A stretch of DNA of 64,000 nt from Parcubacteria group bacterium (GCA_016203945.1 JACQLT010000003.1:10958-74957); one strand, 5' to 3'; positions 7,407 through 18,168 are shown, counted from the first letter of the stretch. Made by a program: numbers and translations. The notes: generated by a model from the sequence alone, not told the origin.

Positions 7407-9248
7407 ATGGCAAAAATATTAGGAATAGACCTGGGCACCACTTTTTCTGCCATGGCAGTGGTGGAAGGAGGGGAGCCAAAAATCATTGAGAACAAGGAAG
7501 GCGCAAGGACCACGCCTTCTGTGGTTGCCTTGGCCAAGAATGGGGAGATTCTTGTCGGAATTCAGGCAAAGCGCCAACAGATCACCAATCCCAAAGGCAC
7601 CATATCCGTGGCAAAGCGTCTCATCGGCCGGAGATTTTCGGATGCTGAAGTCCAGCGCGACAAGACATTGCTGCCCTATGAGATCCGCGAGGACAAAGAT
7701 GGAGGGGTTGAAGTAAAGATGGGAGAGAAATGGTACAAGCCCCCTGAAATCTCAGCTATGGTGTTGCGCAAGCTCAAGGAGGATGCTGAGGCAAAGCTCG
7801 GAGAAAAGATCACGGAAGCCATCATTACGGTTCCCGCATACTTTGACGACAGTCAGCGCAAGGCGACCAAGGTGGCGGGCGAGATAGCGGGATTTGATGT
7901 CAAGCGCGTCATCAACGAGCCCACTGCCGCGGCGCTCGCCTACGGCCTTCAGAAAAAGAAAGACGAAAAGATCGTGGTGTACGACTTTGGAGGAGGGACC
8001 TTCGATATCTCAGTTCTTGAGGTGTCGGAGGACACCATTGAGGTGAAGGCGACCGGAGGAGACACGCACCTGGGCGGAGAAGACTTTGACCAGAAAATAG
8101 TGAACTGGCTCATTGAGCAGTTTAAGAAAGACCAGGGTATCGATCTTTCCCAGGATCCTTTGGCTTTGCAGCGCCTGAAAGAAGGGGCCGAGAAGGCAAA
8201 GATAGAACTTTCTTCTTCGACCGAAACCGAAGTCAACCTTCCCTTCATCACGTCTGACGCGGCAGGCCCCAAGCATTTACTGTTTCGGCTAGCTCGGGCG
8301 CAGTTGGAAACCATGGTGAAAGAATACGTTGACAAGTCCTTGAAGCTCATAGTTCAGACGCTCAAGGAGGCCAAGCTTTCTGAAAAGGAAATTGACGAGG
8401 TGGTACTCGTGGGAGGCCAGACCCGCATGCCGGCCATCCAGGAAGGGGTAAAGAAGCTGTTCGGCAAAGACCCGAACAGGAGCATTAATCCCGACGAAGT
8501 GGTGGCGCTGGGAGCTGCAATACAGGGAGGAGTCATGCAAGGAGACGTGAAAGACGTGCTCTTGCTGGACGTCACCCCGCTTTCCTTGGGTATTGAAACT
8601 TTGGGAAGCGTGAGCACCGTGCTCATTGCCAAAAACACCACGGTTCCTACATCAAAGAGCCAGATATTTTCTACCGCAGCCGACAATCAGACGTCTGTTG
8701 AGGTGCACGTGCTCCAGGGAGAGCGCCCGCTCGCGCAAGACAACAAGTCCTTGGGCAGGTTCGTCTTGGACGGCATCCCTCCGGCTCCCCGCGGGCTTCC
8801 CCAGATTGAGGTGACCTTTGACATTGACGCGAACGGAATATTGCAGGTGATTGCGAAAGACAAGGCATCGGGCAAGAACCAGAGTATTCGTATTGAGGGA
8901 TCCACCGGAATCTCCAAAGAAGAGGTGGAGCGTATGAGGAAAGAAGCCGAACTCCATGCAGAAGAGGACCAGAAACGCAGAGACCTCATTGACGCAAGAA
9001 ACAGCGCGGACGCGCTTCTGTATACAGCCGAGAAAGCGCTCAAGGACGCTGGAGACAAGGTGTCCTCGGAGGTGAAAAAAGAAGTGGAAGAGAAGGCAGG
9101 AGCATTGAAGAAGGTAAAGGATCAGGATATAATGGAGGATATACGGCAGGCCACGGACGCGCTTTCGCAAGCCCTGCAAAAGATAGGAACTGAAATGAAT
9201 AAGCAGGCTGAGCAAGGGCAAGAGCCAGAACAGCCCCAAGCCAACTGA
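7407..9248 (+). CDS. dnaK: Chaperone DnaK (Hsp70)
   Basis: Contains [22 protein letters not shown] and [10 protein letters not shown] motifs. The start is taken at ATG 7407 inside ORF 7377..9248. Confidence 0.97.
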   Translation: MAKILGIDLGTTFSAMAVVEGGEPKIIENKEGARTTPSVVALAKNGEILVGIQAKRQQITNPKGTISVAKRLIGRRFSDAEVQRDKTLLPYEIREDKDGGVEVKMGEKWYKPPEISAMVLRKLKEDAEAKLGEKITEAIITVPAYFDDSQRKATKVAGEIAGFDVKRVINEPTAAALAYGLQKKKDEKIVVYDFGGGTFDISVLEVSEDTIEVKATGGDTHLGGEDFDQKIVNWLIEQFKKDQGIDLSQDPLALQRLKEGAEKAKIELSSSTETEVNLPFITSDAAGPKHLLFRLARAQLETMVKEYVDKSLKLIVQTLKEAKLSEKEIDEVVLVGGQTRMPAIQEGVKKLFGKDPNRSINPDEVVALGAAIQGGVMQGDVKDVLLLDVTPLSLGIETLGSVSTVLIAKNTTVPTSKSQIFSTAADNQTSVEVHVLQGERPLAQDNKSLGRFVLDGIPPAPRGLPQIEVTFDIDANGILQVIAKDKASGKNQSIRIEGSTGISKEEVERMRKEAELHAEEDQKRRDLIDARNSADALLYTAEKALKDAGDKVSSEVKKEVEEKAGALKKVKDQDIMEDIRQATDALSQALQKIGTEMNKQAEQGQEPEQPQAN

Positions 9249-9257
9249 GGTTAACCA

Positions 9258-10355
9258 ATGAAGGATTATTACAAAATATTGGGTATAGCGAAGGGAGCTT
9301 CCGAAGAAGACGTCAAGAAAGCGTACCGTCGCCTCGCCCATAAATACCATCCTGATAAAGGAGGGGACACCGGACGCTTCAAGGAAATCAGCGAGGCCTA
9401 TCAGATCTTGTCCAGCAAGGATAAGCGGGCCCAGTACGACAAATTCGGCAGGGTCTTTGAGGGAGGCCATTCGACAGGATCAGGACAAGATGGATTCGGC
9501 GGATTCCAATGGGGATGGCAGAGGGGCCCGCAAGAAGGGTTTGACGAGGGATCGTTTGATTTTCCGGACCTCGGAGACATCTTTGAGGATTTCTTCGGAG
9601 CCAATCAGGGACCCGCGGATCTCAGAAAAGGAAAAGACATTGAGGTGGAACTTCGTATTCCCCTGGAGGCCGTGCTTCTCAGAAGGGAAGAGCGAGTGTC
9701 TCTTTCCAAGTTCGTGCTCTGTTCCAGGTGCCAGGGGGTGGGGGCCGAGCCCAACACGAAAGTGTCAGAATGCTTCTCGTGCAGGGGAGCTGGCCAAGTG
9801 CAGCAGATCCGGAAAACCGTATTCGGCAGCTTTACGCGCCTGGGCATATGCCCTGAGTGCGCGGGAGAAGGACTGAGGCCGGAAAAGCCCTGCAACGTCT
9901 GCAAAGGAGAGGGCAGGGTGCGGGGGCAGGAAGAACTGCTGCTGGTTATTCCCGCGGGAGTGGATACGAACCAAATCCTCAAGTTTGAAGGTAAAGGAGA
10001 CGCGGGAAAGCGCAGGGGAAAGAACGGGGATCTGTACGCTCGCATTACGGTAAAGCCGCACGCGAACTTTAAACGGAGGGGCGACGATCTATACGCGAAA
10101 ACCCAAATTTCGTTTACACAAGCGGTTCTTGGAGATGAGATTCAGGTCCCAACGCTTGAAGGTGCTCGGGTCTTGCTGCAGGTCCCGGCCGGCACAGAAT
10201 CCGGAAGAGTGGTGAAAGTGCAGGGCAAGGGCGTCCCTCATTTCCAGGGCCTGGGAAGGGGAAACTTGAACTATGAGCTGGAGATCCACATACCAAAGAA
10301 ACTCAGCCGCCAGCAGAAGGAGCTTCTGGAGAAGTTGAAAAAAGAGGGGATTTGA
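9258..10355 (+). CDS. dnaJ: Co-chaperone DnaJ
   Basis: Has a J domain (YHPDK), a G/F region, and four CxxCxGxG zinc-finger repeats. Confidence 0.95.
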   Translation: MKDYYKILGIAKGASEEDVKKAYRRLAHKYHPDKGGDTGRFKEISEAYQILSSKDKRAQYDKFGRVFEGGHSTGSGQDGFGGFQWGWQRGPQEGFDEGSFDFPDLGDIFEDFFGANQGPADLRKGKDIEVELRIPLEAVLLRREERVSLSKFVLCSRCQGVGAEPNTKVSECFSCRGAGQVQQIRKTVFGSFTRLGICPECAGEGLRPEKPCNVCKGEGRVRGQEELLLVIPAGVDTNQILKFEGKGDAGKRRGKNGDLYARITVKPHANFKRRGDDLYAKTQISFTQAVLGDEIQVPTLEGARVLLQVPAGTESGRVVKVQGKGVPHFQGLGRGNLNYELEIHIPKKLSRQQKELLEKLKKEGI

Positions 10356-10480
10356 GGTACTATACCTAAAGGTAATTTGCCTTCGGCAAATCCCTGGGAG
10401 CATTTCCTAATCTATACATCCCGCCTTGGCGGGATGATTAAAGGATATGCTCCCGCACAAAGCAAAGACTTTTGCTTTGT

Positions 10481-10553
10481 GCCCCCATAGCTCAATTGGT
10501 AGAGCAATTCCCTTTTAAGGAAGTGGTTGCAGGTTCGACTCCTGCTGGGGGCA
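10481..10553 (+). tRNA. tRNA-Lys (anticodon UUU)
   Basis: Cloverleaf read by eye: acceptor GCCCCCA/TGGGGGC, D arm GCTC-AATTGGTA-GAGC, anticodon loop CTTTTAA, T arm GCAGG-TTCGACT-CCTGC, discriminator A. Confidence 0.9.
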
Positions 10554-10591
10554 CAGATAGAAACTAGACGGCTTTTTTGAAGCCAATTCGT

Positions 10592-10622
10592 GGGCGGCAC
10601 AAAGTGCCGCCCATTGATTTTT
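10592..10622 (+). terminator. Rho-independent terminator after tRNA-Lys
   Basis: GGGCGGCAC-AAA-GTGCCGCCC followed by attgattttt. Confidence 0.7.
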
Positions 10623-10804
10623 CCCTGACGAATCCTCTCCGCTCGGTGCGCGCAGAGTATTTGATGGCACACATCATTAGAGCGTTAGAACGGCAGGGCC
10701 TTACCTTGTTAAGGGGCAAGGTCTTGTATTTCTAACTAATTCGTGCTATATACAGATATAAAGACGCACCCAACGAAAGACCTACCTAACAAAAGGAGGA
10801 AGAC

Positions 10805-11677
10805 ATGCGTCGCTTGTTCTTTATTTTCGCGGTTGTGGCGGCGTTTGCCGCCCTTCTGCCCACAGCCGTCTTCGCCCAAGAGGGCGAGCAGCCCCCTCAG
10901 ACAATTGAGATTTCTGAGGGAGCAACTGTATTTGTCTGGCCGGGGGGCACATTACCGGTTGAGGAGGGGTTTGTTAACGCCCCCGATCGGTGGAGGTACT
11001 CCTCCTGGCCGCCACAACAACCCGAGAGGGTTGTTGCGATCCTGTGGCATTACGATGCTACAGAGGGATATACCTTTTGGCGTCCGGCAGATGGTTCCCG
11101 CAGGCCCTCGTCCACCCTCCGCGTTCTCCAGAACGGGGAGACATATGTGGTGTGGGCGCAGAGGGCGTTCGCCCTGCAGGTGCCGCCGCGACTCCCCCTC
11201 GCAGCGCTGGAAGCACAAGAGGCGGCGGGGATAAGAATCGTCCCCGTCGGCAACCCAAGCGCCAGAACTCTTGAGGGCATCGGCCAGGGGGTTTTGGACC
11301 TCCTGCGGGAGCAACCACATCGCGCGGCAGCACTTGCCGGCGTGCAGGTGTGGGTATACTCTGCGGACGCGGGGGACCCGGCCGGTTGGGGGCATCCCCT
11401 GGCGGTGGGACTCTCAAACATAAACGTATCCCCGCTCGTGATTGGGATGTACGAGCGTAATTTCATCTGGAATTACGCGAACAAGTGGTTAGCCGGGTAC
11501 GTGGTGGTAATCCACGAACTCGGCCATAACTTCGACTTGGCAGACGACGGGTTGAGTAATGCGTCGATCTGCCCGGGACTTGAGTCCACGGCCAGCGAGG
11601 AGTGCGCTGAAACATACAGCGCACTCATTGACCCTTTGTTGGTGTACTCCCCGAGCTGGGAGTACGCTAACAGATAG
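10805..11677 (+). CDS. Secreted HExxH zinc-metalloprotease-like protein
   Basis: Signal peptide MRRLFFIFAVVAAFAALLPTAVFAQE and motif VVIHELGHNFD. A strong SD, AGGAGG, lies 5 nt upstream. GC looks clearly higher than in the neighbours by eye. Confidence 0.6.
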   Translation: MRRLFFIFAVVAAFAALLPTAVFAQEGEQPPQTIEISEGATVFVWPGGTLPVEEGFVNAPDRWRYSSWPPQQPERVVAILWHYDATEGYTFWRPADGSRRPSSTLRVLQNGETYVVWAQRAFALQVPPRLPLAALEAQEAAGIRIVPVGNPSARTLEGIGQGVLDLLREQPHRAAALAGVQVWVYSADAGDPAGWGHPLAVGLSNINVSPLVIGMYERNFIWNYANKWLAGYVVVIHELGHNFDLADDGLSNASICPGLESTASEECAETYSALIDPLLVYSPSWEYANR

Positions 11678-11693
11678 GAGGCAGTGGAGACGA

Positions 11694-11735
11694 GGCCCGC
11701 TCCGATACATATCGGAGCGGGCCTTTCACATTTTT
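11694..11735 (+). terminator. Rho-independent terminator
   Basis: GGCCCGCTCCGATA/TATCGGAGCGGGCC (11694-11723) followed by tttcacattttt. Confidence 0.7.
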
Positions 11736-11772
11736 ACACAGTACTTTTTATGGACATAGTGTATAATAAAAA

Positions 11773-12195
11773 GTGATATCATTAATTTTTTATATTCTAT
11801 GTTTCCAAACTTTATGTTCCCAAACGCAAAAAAATTGGATAGCGACTATAATTGTTTTTCTATTAATTGGCGGCGGCGTAGGTTATGTTGTCGGTTTCAG
11901 TTTCCCGCCGACTACGGACGAGGGGCCTTTGCCGGTTGCTGATTTTGACTCCATCTGGAACGGATTTACAGCGAATATTCGCGTTGACGAAATTGGCACG
12001 GATAAAATTATCGTTAGTTCCCAAAGCGGCGGCAGGAGGGTGTGGGGGGAATTCCGCCGCGCCCGAGCGTTCCGCCGGAGCGAAGCGGAGGCGGTCAGCT
12101 CCCTTCAAAAAATGTTCGAGCAGAATTATATAATTCTACCATGTAAGATTTTTTACGGCAAGAAACGGCAGTCATGCTGGTTTTTCTTGACATAG
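11773..12195 (+). CDS. Hypothetical single-TM protein (weak call)
   Basis: Only a GTG start is available. It has one TM (WIATIIVFLLIGGGVGYVVGF). The C-terminal third runs through a GC-rich patch and looks unnatural. Confidence 0.3.
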   Translation: MISLIFYILCFQTLCSQTQKNWIATIIVFLLIGGGVGYVVGFSFPPTTDEGPLPVADFDSIWNGFTANIRVDEIGTDKIIVSSQSGGRRVWGEFRRARAFRRSEAEAVSSLQKMFEQNYIILPCKIFYGKKRQSCWFFLT

Positions 12196-12283
12196 AAGAT
12201 ATATTGTGTTAGCGTTATACACACAATCAAGTCATGATGACTTGATAAAAAGGCACATTAGGCACATTCACAAGGAGGCACAC

Positions 12284-12583
12284 GTGGTTACGGAGGATAG
12301 AGATTTTCCCGTTATTTGTCCTACGTGCGGCAAAGGAATGGGTTCCTTGGCGCTGTTCTGCAATAAGTGCGGAACTGAGCTGCCGCCCAATTCTAACCCG
12401 GTCGATCTAGAGGAAGGGGAAAGGGAGGAGATTCTCCGAGTATTTTGCGAAGGATTGGGTCATAAGATCCAAACCCTCTTGCTCGGTTCTGTAAACTTCT
12501 GTCCCTTCTGCGGAGCGAACCTTGGAGCGAACCTTCGAAGGCGTATCAATCTCGATTCGATGTCTCCGATGTCCAGGAATTGA
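12284..12583 (+). CDS. Zinc-ribbon domain protein
   Basis: AAGGAGG lies 5 nt before GTG 12284. Cysteine pairs are CPTCG...CNKCG and a later CPFCG. Confidence 0.5.
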   Translation: MVTEDRDFPVICPTCGKGMGSLALFCNKCGTELPPNSNPVDLEEGEREEILRVFCEGLGHKIQTLLLGSVNFCPFCGANLGANLRRRINLDSMSPMSRN

Positions 12584-12605
12584 GCTGGAAGGCATCATTT
12601 CCATT

Positions 12606-12649
12606 CCCCGGGATCCGTAAGGATTTCCCGGGGTTCTTTTTTTCTTTTT
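12606..12649 (+). terminator. Rho-independent terminator
   Basis: CCCCGGGA (12606-12613) pairs with TCCCGGGG (12626-12633), followed by a long T-run. Confidence 0.7.
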
Positions 12650-12667
12650 ATATGGTAGACTGGTCGT

Positions 12668-13876
12668 ATGAATCCTATGGGGAAAAAAATCTGGTTTGTT
12701 TTTTTTGTTGGGTTTATCCTTGTCGCATTCGGCTTAGGATTTTTCTGGGGCAAGGAGCAGGCCAGGGTGGTGCCGATTGAGGGTGTTGTCAATCTGGAGG
12801 CCGGAAAGCCCTCGGCAGTTGATTTCTCCCTGTTTTGGGATTCCTGGATTCAGATCCAAGAGAAGTACGCGAAATCCTCTTCTGTCAATCCTCAGGATTT
12901 GGTGTATGGAGCCATTCGCGGGATGGTGGCTTCTCTCCAGGATCCCTATACCGTGTTTCTGGATCCCAAAGAGGCAAAGATGTTTCTGGACGACGTCGCA
13001 GGCTCCTTTGAGGGAGTGGGTATGGAGATCGGGCTCAAGAAGGGCATTCTGACGGTCATCGCTCCCCTGGAAGGGACTCCGGCCCAGAAAGCAGGCATCC
13101 GGGCGGGCGACATGATCCTGAAGATCGGAGACAAGAATACGGACGGACTGAGCACAGAAGAAGCAGTTGCCCTTATTCGAGGCCCCAAAGGAAGCGTCGT
13201 GAAGCTGTCTGTGATGAGAAGCAACTGGGAGCAGCCTAAAGACATTGAAATTACGAGAGCCGTGATTGAAGTTCCCTCATTGAAATGGGAAATGAAAGAA
13301 GGAGATATTGCGTACGTCCATATCTTCCAGTTCTCAGAAAAGGCGGCACGAGATTTTCAGAAGGCGGCAGGGGAGATAGAAAAGTCTTCCGCAAAAAAAA
13401 TCGTGGTTGACCTGAGGAACAACCCGGGCGGATACCTGGAAATAGCCCGGTACATAGGAGGATGGTTCTTGGAGCGGGGACAGGTCGTGGTCGTGGAAGA
13501 TTTTGCAGCCGAAGGAAAGAAACAAGAGTATCTAAGTCAGGGTCCCTCAAGATTGCTTTCCTTGCCCGTAGTCGTTCTCATGAACGAGGGTTCGGCTTCG
13601 GCTTCCGAGATTCTGGCGGGAGCCCTGAGAGATAACAGGGGGGCTCAGCTTGTCGGCGCCAAATCCTTCGGAAAAGGGTCTGTGCAAGAGCTTCAGAACT
13701 TGCGAGACGGTTCTTCTTTGAAAATCACCGTGGCAAATTGGCTTACTCCCAAAGGCACGCTCATCAACGGCCAGGGCTTGGAGCCTGACGTGAAGGTGGA
13801 GCTTGGAGAGCAAGACCTGGAGGAGGGAAAGGATGCGCAGCTTGACAAGGCGATTGAAATTGCCAAAGGGTTGTAA
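12668..13876 (+). CDS. ctpA: Carboxyl-terminal processing protease (peptidase S41)
   Basis: N-terminal TM, a PDZ region (GIRAGDMILKIGD), and the S41 core (LMNEGSASASEILAGAL, SFGKGSVQ). Confidence 0.85.
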   Translation: MNPMGKKIWFVFFVGFILVAFGLGFFWGKEQARVVPIEGVVNLEAGKPSAVDFSLFWDSWIQIQEKYAKSSSVNPQDLVYGAIRGMVASLQDPYTVFLDPKEAKMFLDDVAGSFEGVGMEIGLKKGILTVIAPLEGTPAQKAGIRAGDMILKIGDKNTDGLSTEEAVALIRGPKGSVVKLSVMRSNWEQPKDIEITRAVIEVPSLKWEMKEGDIAYVHIFQFSEKAARDFQKAAGEIEKSSAKKIVVDLRNNPGGYLEIARYIGGWFLERGQVVVVEDFAAEGKKQEYLSQGPSRLLSLPVVVLMNEGSASASEILAGALRDNRGAQLVGAKSFGKGSVQELQNLRDGSSLKITVANWLTPKGTLINGQGLEPDVKVELGEQDLEEGKDAQLDKAIEIAKGL

Positions 13877-13888
13877 TATAACTGAACC

Positions 13889-14341
13889 ATGAAAGTCATT
13901 CTCTTGCAGGACGTGAAGAATCTTGGAAAGAAATATGAAGTAAAGGACGTGGCTGACGGCTACGCCCGCAACCTCCTGTTTCCCAAGAATGTTGTGCGGG
14001 AGGCGACTCCGGAAACATTGGAGTGGCTCGCCATGCAGAAAGAGATTCTTGCTGCAAAAGCCGAAGAATCCCTAAAGCACATTCAGGATACAGCTTCCAG
14101 CCTGGATGGTTTGGAAGTGGTCATTGCGGTAAAGGTAGGCGACAGTGGCCAGTTATTTGAAAACATCACCAGCCAAAAGATAGCGGAGCGCCTGAAGGAA
14201 ATGGGGTTTGAGGTAAAAAAAAATCAAGTTCAGCTGGAAGTCCCTATTAAGGAGCTGGGAGAGTTTCCGGTAAAAGTACGACTTGATCACAATCTGGAAG
14301 CCGAGCTTAGGGTTATCATAAGCGAAGTTCAAGAAGGATGA
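13889..14341 (+). CDS. rplI: 50S ribosomal protein L9
   Basis: The [35 protein letters not shown]-terminal domain is diagnostic. Confidence 0.9.
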   Translation: MKVILLQDVKNLGKKYEVKDVADGYARNLLFPKNVVREATPETLEWLAMQKEILAAKAEESLKHIQDTASSLDGLEVVIAVKVGDSGQLFENITSQKIAERLKEMGFEVKKNQVQLEVPIKELGEFPVKVRLDHNLEAELRVIISEVQEG

Positions 14342-15963
14342 AGACGAGATACATTTTTGTTGCGGGAGGTGTCATGTCATCGGTCGGGAAGGGAATTGCC
14401 GTGGCCTCCATAGGCAAGATTTTGCAGAGCAAAGGGTTTCGCGTCTCTGCGGTAAAAATAGATCCGTACATCAATGTGGACGCTGGCACCATGAATCCCC
14501 TGGAACACGGGGAAGTTTTTGTGGCGCAAGACGGTACGGAATCAGACCAGGACATCGGAAACTACGAACGCTTTCTAGACCAGAACCTCAGCTCCCAAAA
14601 CTATATGACCACGGGCAAGGTGTATCTCTCGGTCATCAACCGGGAGCGCAATTTGGAGTATGGAGGCAGATGCGTGGAAGTGGTGCCCGATATTCCTCAA
14701 GAGGTCATCTCACGCATTCAGGCTGCTGCAAAAAAGGATAAAGCGGATTTTGTAATAGTTGAAATCGGGGGAACAGCAGGGGAATATCAAAACCTCCTGT
14801 TCTTGGAAGCCGCTCGCATGATGAAGCTGAAGTATCCGAAAGACGTGGTATTCGCGCTCGTGAGCTACCTGCCGATTCCGGCCATGGTGGGGGAAATGAA
14901 GACAAAGCCCACGCAGTCTGCGGTGCGCAACCTCAACGAGGCTGGCATCCAGCCGGATATTATCATCGCGCGCTCGGAGCTGCCCGTGGACGAGCCGAGA
15001 AAGCGTAAGATATCCATCTTCTGCAGCGTTCGGCTAGAGGATGTCATTTCAGCTCCGGACGTCAAAACGGTGTACCAGGTGCCGCTCCAGTTTGAAAAAG
15101 AGAATCTGGGCAACAAGATTCTCAAGAAGTTCGGCATGCAAGCTCGCAAAAGCAAGTTGGCGAGCTTGCAGGGCTTGATGAAAATCATTGCCAGGAAAAA
15201 GAAGCCCGTGCGCATCGGCATTGTCGGCAAGTACTTTGAGACTGGCGACTTTACGCTCATGGATTCATACATCTCCGTCATCGAATCCATTGAGCATGCC
15301 TCGTGGGCTCACAACAAAGATCCTGTCATTACCTGGCTGTCGGCTGAGGCGTACGAAAAAGACCGCGGTTCCTTGGAAGAACTCAAACGGTTTGACGGTA
15401 TCATCGTTCCTGGAGGATTCGGCAACCGCGGCGTTGAAGGAAAGATGCGCGCCATTGAATACTGCAGGAAGCGCAAGATCCCGTATTTGGGCCTGTGCCT
15501 GGGCATGCAGCTCATGGTCATAGAGTTTGCACGGAACCTATGCAAGATACAAGGGGCCATGTCCCGCGAGTTTGACGCAAAAGCCAAGCACGCCGTCATT
15601 GACGTTATGCCGGACCAAAAAGCGCTCCTGAAAGAACGGCACTACGGAGGAACCATGCGGCTGGGTTCCTACGCCTGCAGGATAAAGCGGGGTACGCTCG
15701 CCTGGGACGCATACGGCAGAGAGTCCATTTCGGAACGTCACCGCCACCGCTACGAGGTGAATAACGAATATCGGGAACGCCTGGAGAAGCACGGCATGGT
15801 AATGTCGGGCGTCAATCCAGAGCGGAACCTGGTTGAGATCGCAGAATTAAAAAACCACCCCTTCTTTTTAGGGACGCAGTTTCATCCGGAGTTTCAGTCG
15901 AGGCCCTTAAAACCTCATCCGCTGTTCCGTGAATTTATCGCAGCTGCCATCAAAGCACGTTGA
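14338..15963 (+). CDS. pyrG: CTP synthase
   Basis: Contains [11 protein letters not shown] and a glutamine amidotransferase domain ([15 protein letters not shown]). Its start overlaps rplI by ATGA. Confidence 0.97.
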   Translation: MKTRYIFVAGGVMSSVGKGIAVASIGKILQSKGFRVSAVKIDPYINVDAGTMNPLEHGEVFVAQDGTESDQDIGNYERFLDQNLSSQNYMTTGKVYLSVINRERNLEYGGRCVEVVPDIPQEVISRIQAAAKKDKADFVIVEIGGTAGEYQNLLFLEAARMMKLKYPKDVVFALVSYLPIPAMVGEMKTKPTQSAVRNLNEAGIQPDIIIARSELPVDEPRKRKISIFCSVRLEDVISAPDVKTVYQVPLQFEKENLGNKILKKFGMQARKSKLASLQGLMKIIARKKKPVRIGIVGKYFETGDFTLMDSYISVIESIEHASWAHNKDPVITWLSAEAYEKDRGSLEELKRFDGIIVPGGFGNRGVEGKMRAIEYCRKRKIPYLGLCLGMQLMVIEFARNLCKIQGAMSREFDAKAKHAVIDVMPDQKALLKERHYGGTMRLGSYACRIKRGTLAWDAYGRESISERHRHRYEVNNEYRERLEKHGMVMSGVNPERNLVEIAELKNHPFFLGTQFHPEFQSRPLKPHPLFREFIAAAIKAR

Positions 15964-16222
15964 CCGTTCTGGCAAGGCGCAGGGCTCCGTCAAACCGCTG
16001 TTTGCGCTTTGTGGTGAAGTTTACCACCCCCTGCTTGATGGCATAGAGGGTGTCGTCTTTTCCACGCTTTACATTTTTGCCCGGGAGCCATCTGGTGCCC
16101 CGCTGACGCACCAAGATCTGGCCAGGATTCGCTTTCTGGCCGTCAAACAGCTTAATCCCAAGGTACTTGGGCTGAGAATCTCTTCCTAATCTTGTAGAAC
16201 CCGCAGATTTTGTAGTTGACAT
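15950..16222 (-). CDS. rpmA: 50S ribosomal protein L27
   Basis: Contains AGSTRLGRDSQPKYLGIK...GQILVRQRGTRWLPG. Confidence 0.93.
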   Translation of the reverse strand: MSTTKSAGSTRLGRDSQPKYLGIKLFDGQKANPGQILVRQRGTRWLPGKNVKRGKDDTLYAIKQGVVNFTTKRKQRFDGALRLARTVNVL

Positions 16223-16230
16223 AGCAGTGT

Positions 16231-16401
16231 ATGGATATCCTAACAGATATAAAACGAGTTGTCAAAACCCGCCGATCTGATATCATATTGGGAATTGGGG
16301 TGTTTCTGCTGTCGCTGCTTTCTTTCGGGATCGGATACATGACGGCGCAAGAACAGCTGAAAGAACCCCTGCGCATTGAAGACTATGGCAAAACTCAATA
16401 A
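16231..16401 (+). CDS. Hypothetical 56-aa single-TM protein (below the ORF-track cutoff)
   Basis: Hand translation: MDILTDIKRVVKTRRSDIILGIGVFLLSLLSFGIGYMTAQEQLKEPLRIEDYGKTQ. It overlaps the uppS start by 17 nt. Confidence 0.35.
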   Translation: MDILTDIKRVVKTRRSDIILGIGVFLLSLLSFGIGYMTAQEQLKEPLRIEDYGKTQ

Positions 16402-17215
16402 AGCGAAGCTCGTCTCGCGGCGAGCCCTGGGAAACCTTAAGGATGCCGTGTTCGCCAAAAATGCTCGCACATGGCAAGCAAAGGTAAGTTTCCCCACAGA
16501 AGCAAAGCAGTTTGCTTCTGTGCCGCGCCACATTGTCGTATTCCCCGACGGGAACCGAAGATGGGCAAAAGAACAAGGGCTTGATACTCTAGAAGGCCAC
16601 AAAGCAGGATACGAGAACCTGCTGAGGTTCCGGGAATGGTGCCAAGCGCGAGGGGTCCAGGGATTGACCGCCTTTGGATTTTCTACGGAGAATTGGGATC
16701 GGACCGAACGCGAGGTTTCGTATCTCATGAAACTTCTGGAATCGGGCCTCGTAAGTCATTTTAAGCGATACATCAACGAAGCCGCTCTGCAAGAACAGGG
16801 AGTGCGCGTCCGTATCATCGGGCAGAAGGCCCGTCTGCCCCAGTCCCTCCAGAAAGTCATAGCCGAAGTGGAAGAAGGCACGAAAGACAATACGAAATTC
16901 TTTCTGAACCTTGGCATCAGCTACGGGGGAAGATGGGATATCGTGCAGGCGACCCAGCGGATCATAGAAGACGGCATAGCCGCGGATAAGGTAACGGAAG
17001 ACCTGTTCGCCTCGTATCTTTCTACGGCAGGATTGCCCGAGCCCGACCTTGTCATTCGGGCGGGAGGAGAACATCGGTTTTCCAACTTTGTCTTGTGGCA
17101 GGCGGCGTACGCCGAGCTCTTTTTCGTTCCCAAGTATTGGCCCGCCTTCACGGAACACGATTTTGACGAGGTGCTGGAAGAATACGCAAGGAGAAACCGA
17201 AGATTCGGGAAATAG
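16385..17215 (+). CDS. uppS: Undecaprenyl diphosphate synthase
   Basis: Contains VVFPDGNRRWAKEQGL and the C-terminal RRFG motif. The start is taken at ATG 16385. Confidence 0.92.
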   Translation: MAKLNKAKLVSRRALGNLKDAVFAKNARTWQAKVSFPTEAKQFASVPRHIVVFPDGNRRWAKEQGLDTLEGHKAGYENLLRFREWCQARGVQGLTAFGFSTENWDRTEREVSYLMKLLESGLVSHFKRYINEAALQEQGVRVRIIGQKARLPQSLQKVIAEVEEGTKDNTKFFLNLGISYGGRWDIVQATQRIIEDGIAADKVTEDLFASYLSTAGLPEPDLVIRAGGEHRFSNFVLWQAAYAELFFVPKYWPAFTEHDFDEVLEEYARRNRRFGK

Positions 17216-17217
17216 GC

Positions 17218-17790
17218 ATGGAATCGCCCCGAATCATCACATTTACCGGCCCCTCGGGATCGGGAAAGACGACCATTCTCACGGAATTATTCAAGAAGAT
17301 TCCGGGACTCGCGTTCGTTCCCAGCTATACTACGAGAGCGGCCCGCTCCTCGGATTTTCCAACGGAGTTCAGGCATGTTACCAATCAGGAGTTCCAAGAG
17401 CGTCAAGACCAAGAAGAGTTCATCTGGGCGGTGGAAGTTCACGGAAACCGGTATGGGACGCGATACGCGGATATTGAGGAAGCTCTTAAGGCAGATCATC
17501 TTTCTGTCATGACTCTGGTGCCGGAAGCAACATCTAAGCTTTTTGAATACACAAAAAAAGGAAACTTCGTTCCTTTGTTCGTGCTCCCTCCGCCGCCTGA
17601 GGTTCTGAGGAAGCGCCTTAAGGAACGCGGAGAAGAGGAAGCCGTCATTGAGCGCAGGATCGCTGACTGTGCCAGCTGGGAAGAAGCAGCAAAAGAATCT
17701 CATATTCCCTATCGGTACGTTTCAAACGAAGGTACGGTAGAAGAGATAGTGCAGCAACTATTGTCTGTACTATCATACTATATAGTATAG
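17218..17790 (+). CDS. gmk: Guanylate kinase
   Basis: P-loop GPSGSGKTT and YTTRAARS. Confidence 0.9.
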   Translation: MESPRIITFTGPSGSGKTTILTELFKKIPGLAFVPSYTTRAARSSDFPTEFRHVTNQEFQERQDQEEFIWAVEVHGNRYGTRYADIEEALKADHLSVMTLVPEATSKLFEYTKKGNFVPLFVLPPPPEVLRKRLKERGEEEAVIERRIADCASWEEAAKESHIPYRYVSNEGTVEEIVQQLLSVLSYYIV

Positions 17791-17829
17791 TAGTATTTGT
17801 TCGTCTGTGGATCTATGGCCGCATCGGGG

Positions 17830-17858
17830 TTGACACGAACTCTGGTCTTTATTAGTAT
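17830..17858 (+). promoter_or_regulatory. Near-consensus promoter
   Basis: TTGACA (17830-17835), 17 nt of spacer, then TAGTAT (17853-17858). Confidence 0.5.
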
Positions 17859-17900
17859 ATATCAAATCGGTTCAGCTCGTTTTAGAGATGGAGGATTCTG

Positions 17901-18092
17901 TTGGCAGAGTTATTCTCTCCGCAAGACGCACCAGAGGACGTTTGGCTGCACCCCGTCCTAAACGGGGAAGACGTGGGCGTTCCGCTCAAGCGAGTGGGCG
18001 ACCACGTCATTGCAGAGCGGGGATTACCTCGGAAACTGCCTATCAACCAGCTACCGCAGTGTCCAGAATATCGACTTCGTCTCATCATCTGA
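17901..18092 (+). CDS. Hypothetical 63-aa protein (alternatively the unit is an ncRNA)
   Basis: GGAGG (17890-17894) lies 6 nt before TTG 17901. The overlapping 71-aa ATG frame is Arg-rich and looks off-frame. GC looks high by eye. Confidence 0.3.
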   Translation: MAELFSPQDAPEDVWLHPVLNGEDVGVPLKRVGDHVIAERGLPRKLPINQLPQCPEYRLRLII

Positions 18093-18117
18093 CAACGCGC
18101 TGACTCGCATATGCGAT

Positions 18118-18152
18118 AGGGCAGGATCTTTAAGGTCTCTGCCCTCTTTTTT
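18118..18152 (+). terminator. Rho-independent terminator
   Basis: AGGGCAG (18118-18124) pairs with CTGCCCT (18139-18145), followed by tctttttt. Confidence 0.7.
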
Positions 18153-18168
18153 GTGATATACTAGACAC

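Noticed and set aside
8652-9470. A 272-aa minus-strand ORF, along with many other long antisense ORFs. Other examples are 23097..23819, 58534..59802, 460..1137, 16240..16728 and 23776..24438.
   Set aside because: They lie opposite strongly recognisable genes (dnaK/dnaJ, malic enzyme, P-type ATPase, ftsQ, uppS) and have unnatural composition. They are shadow frames.
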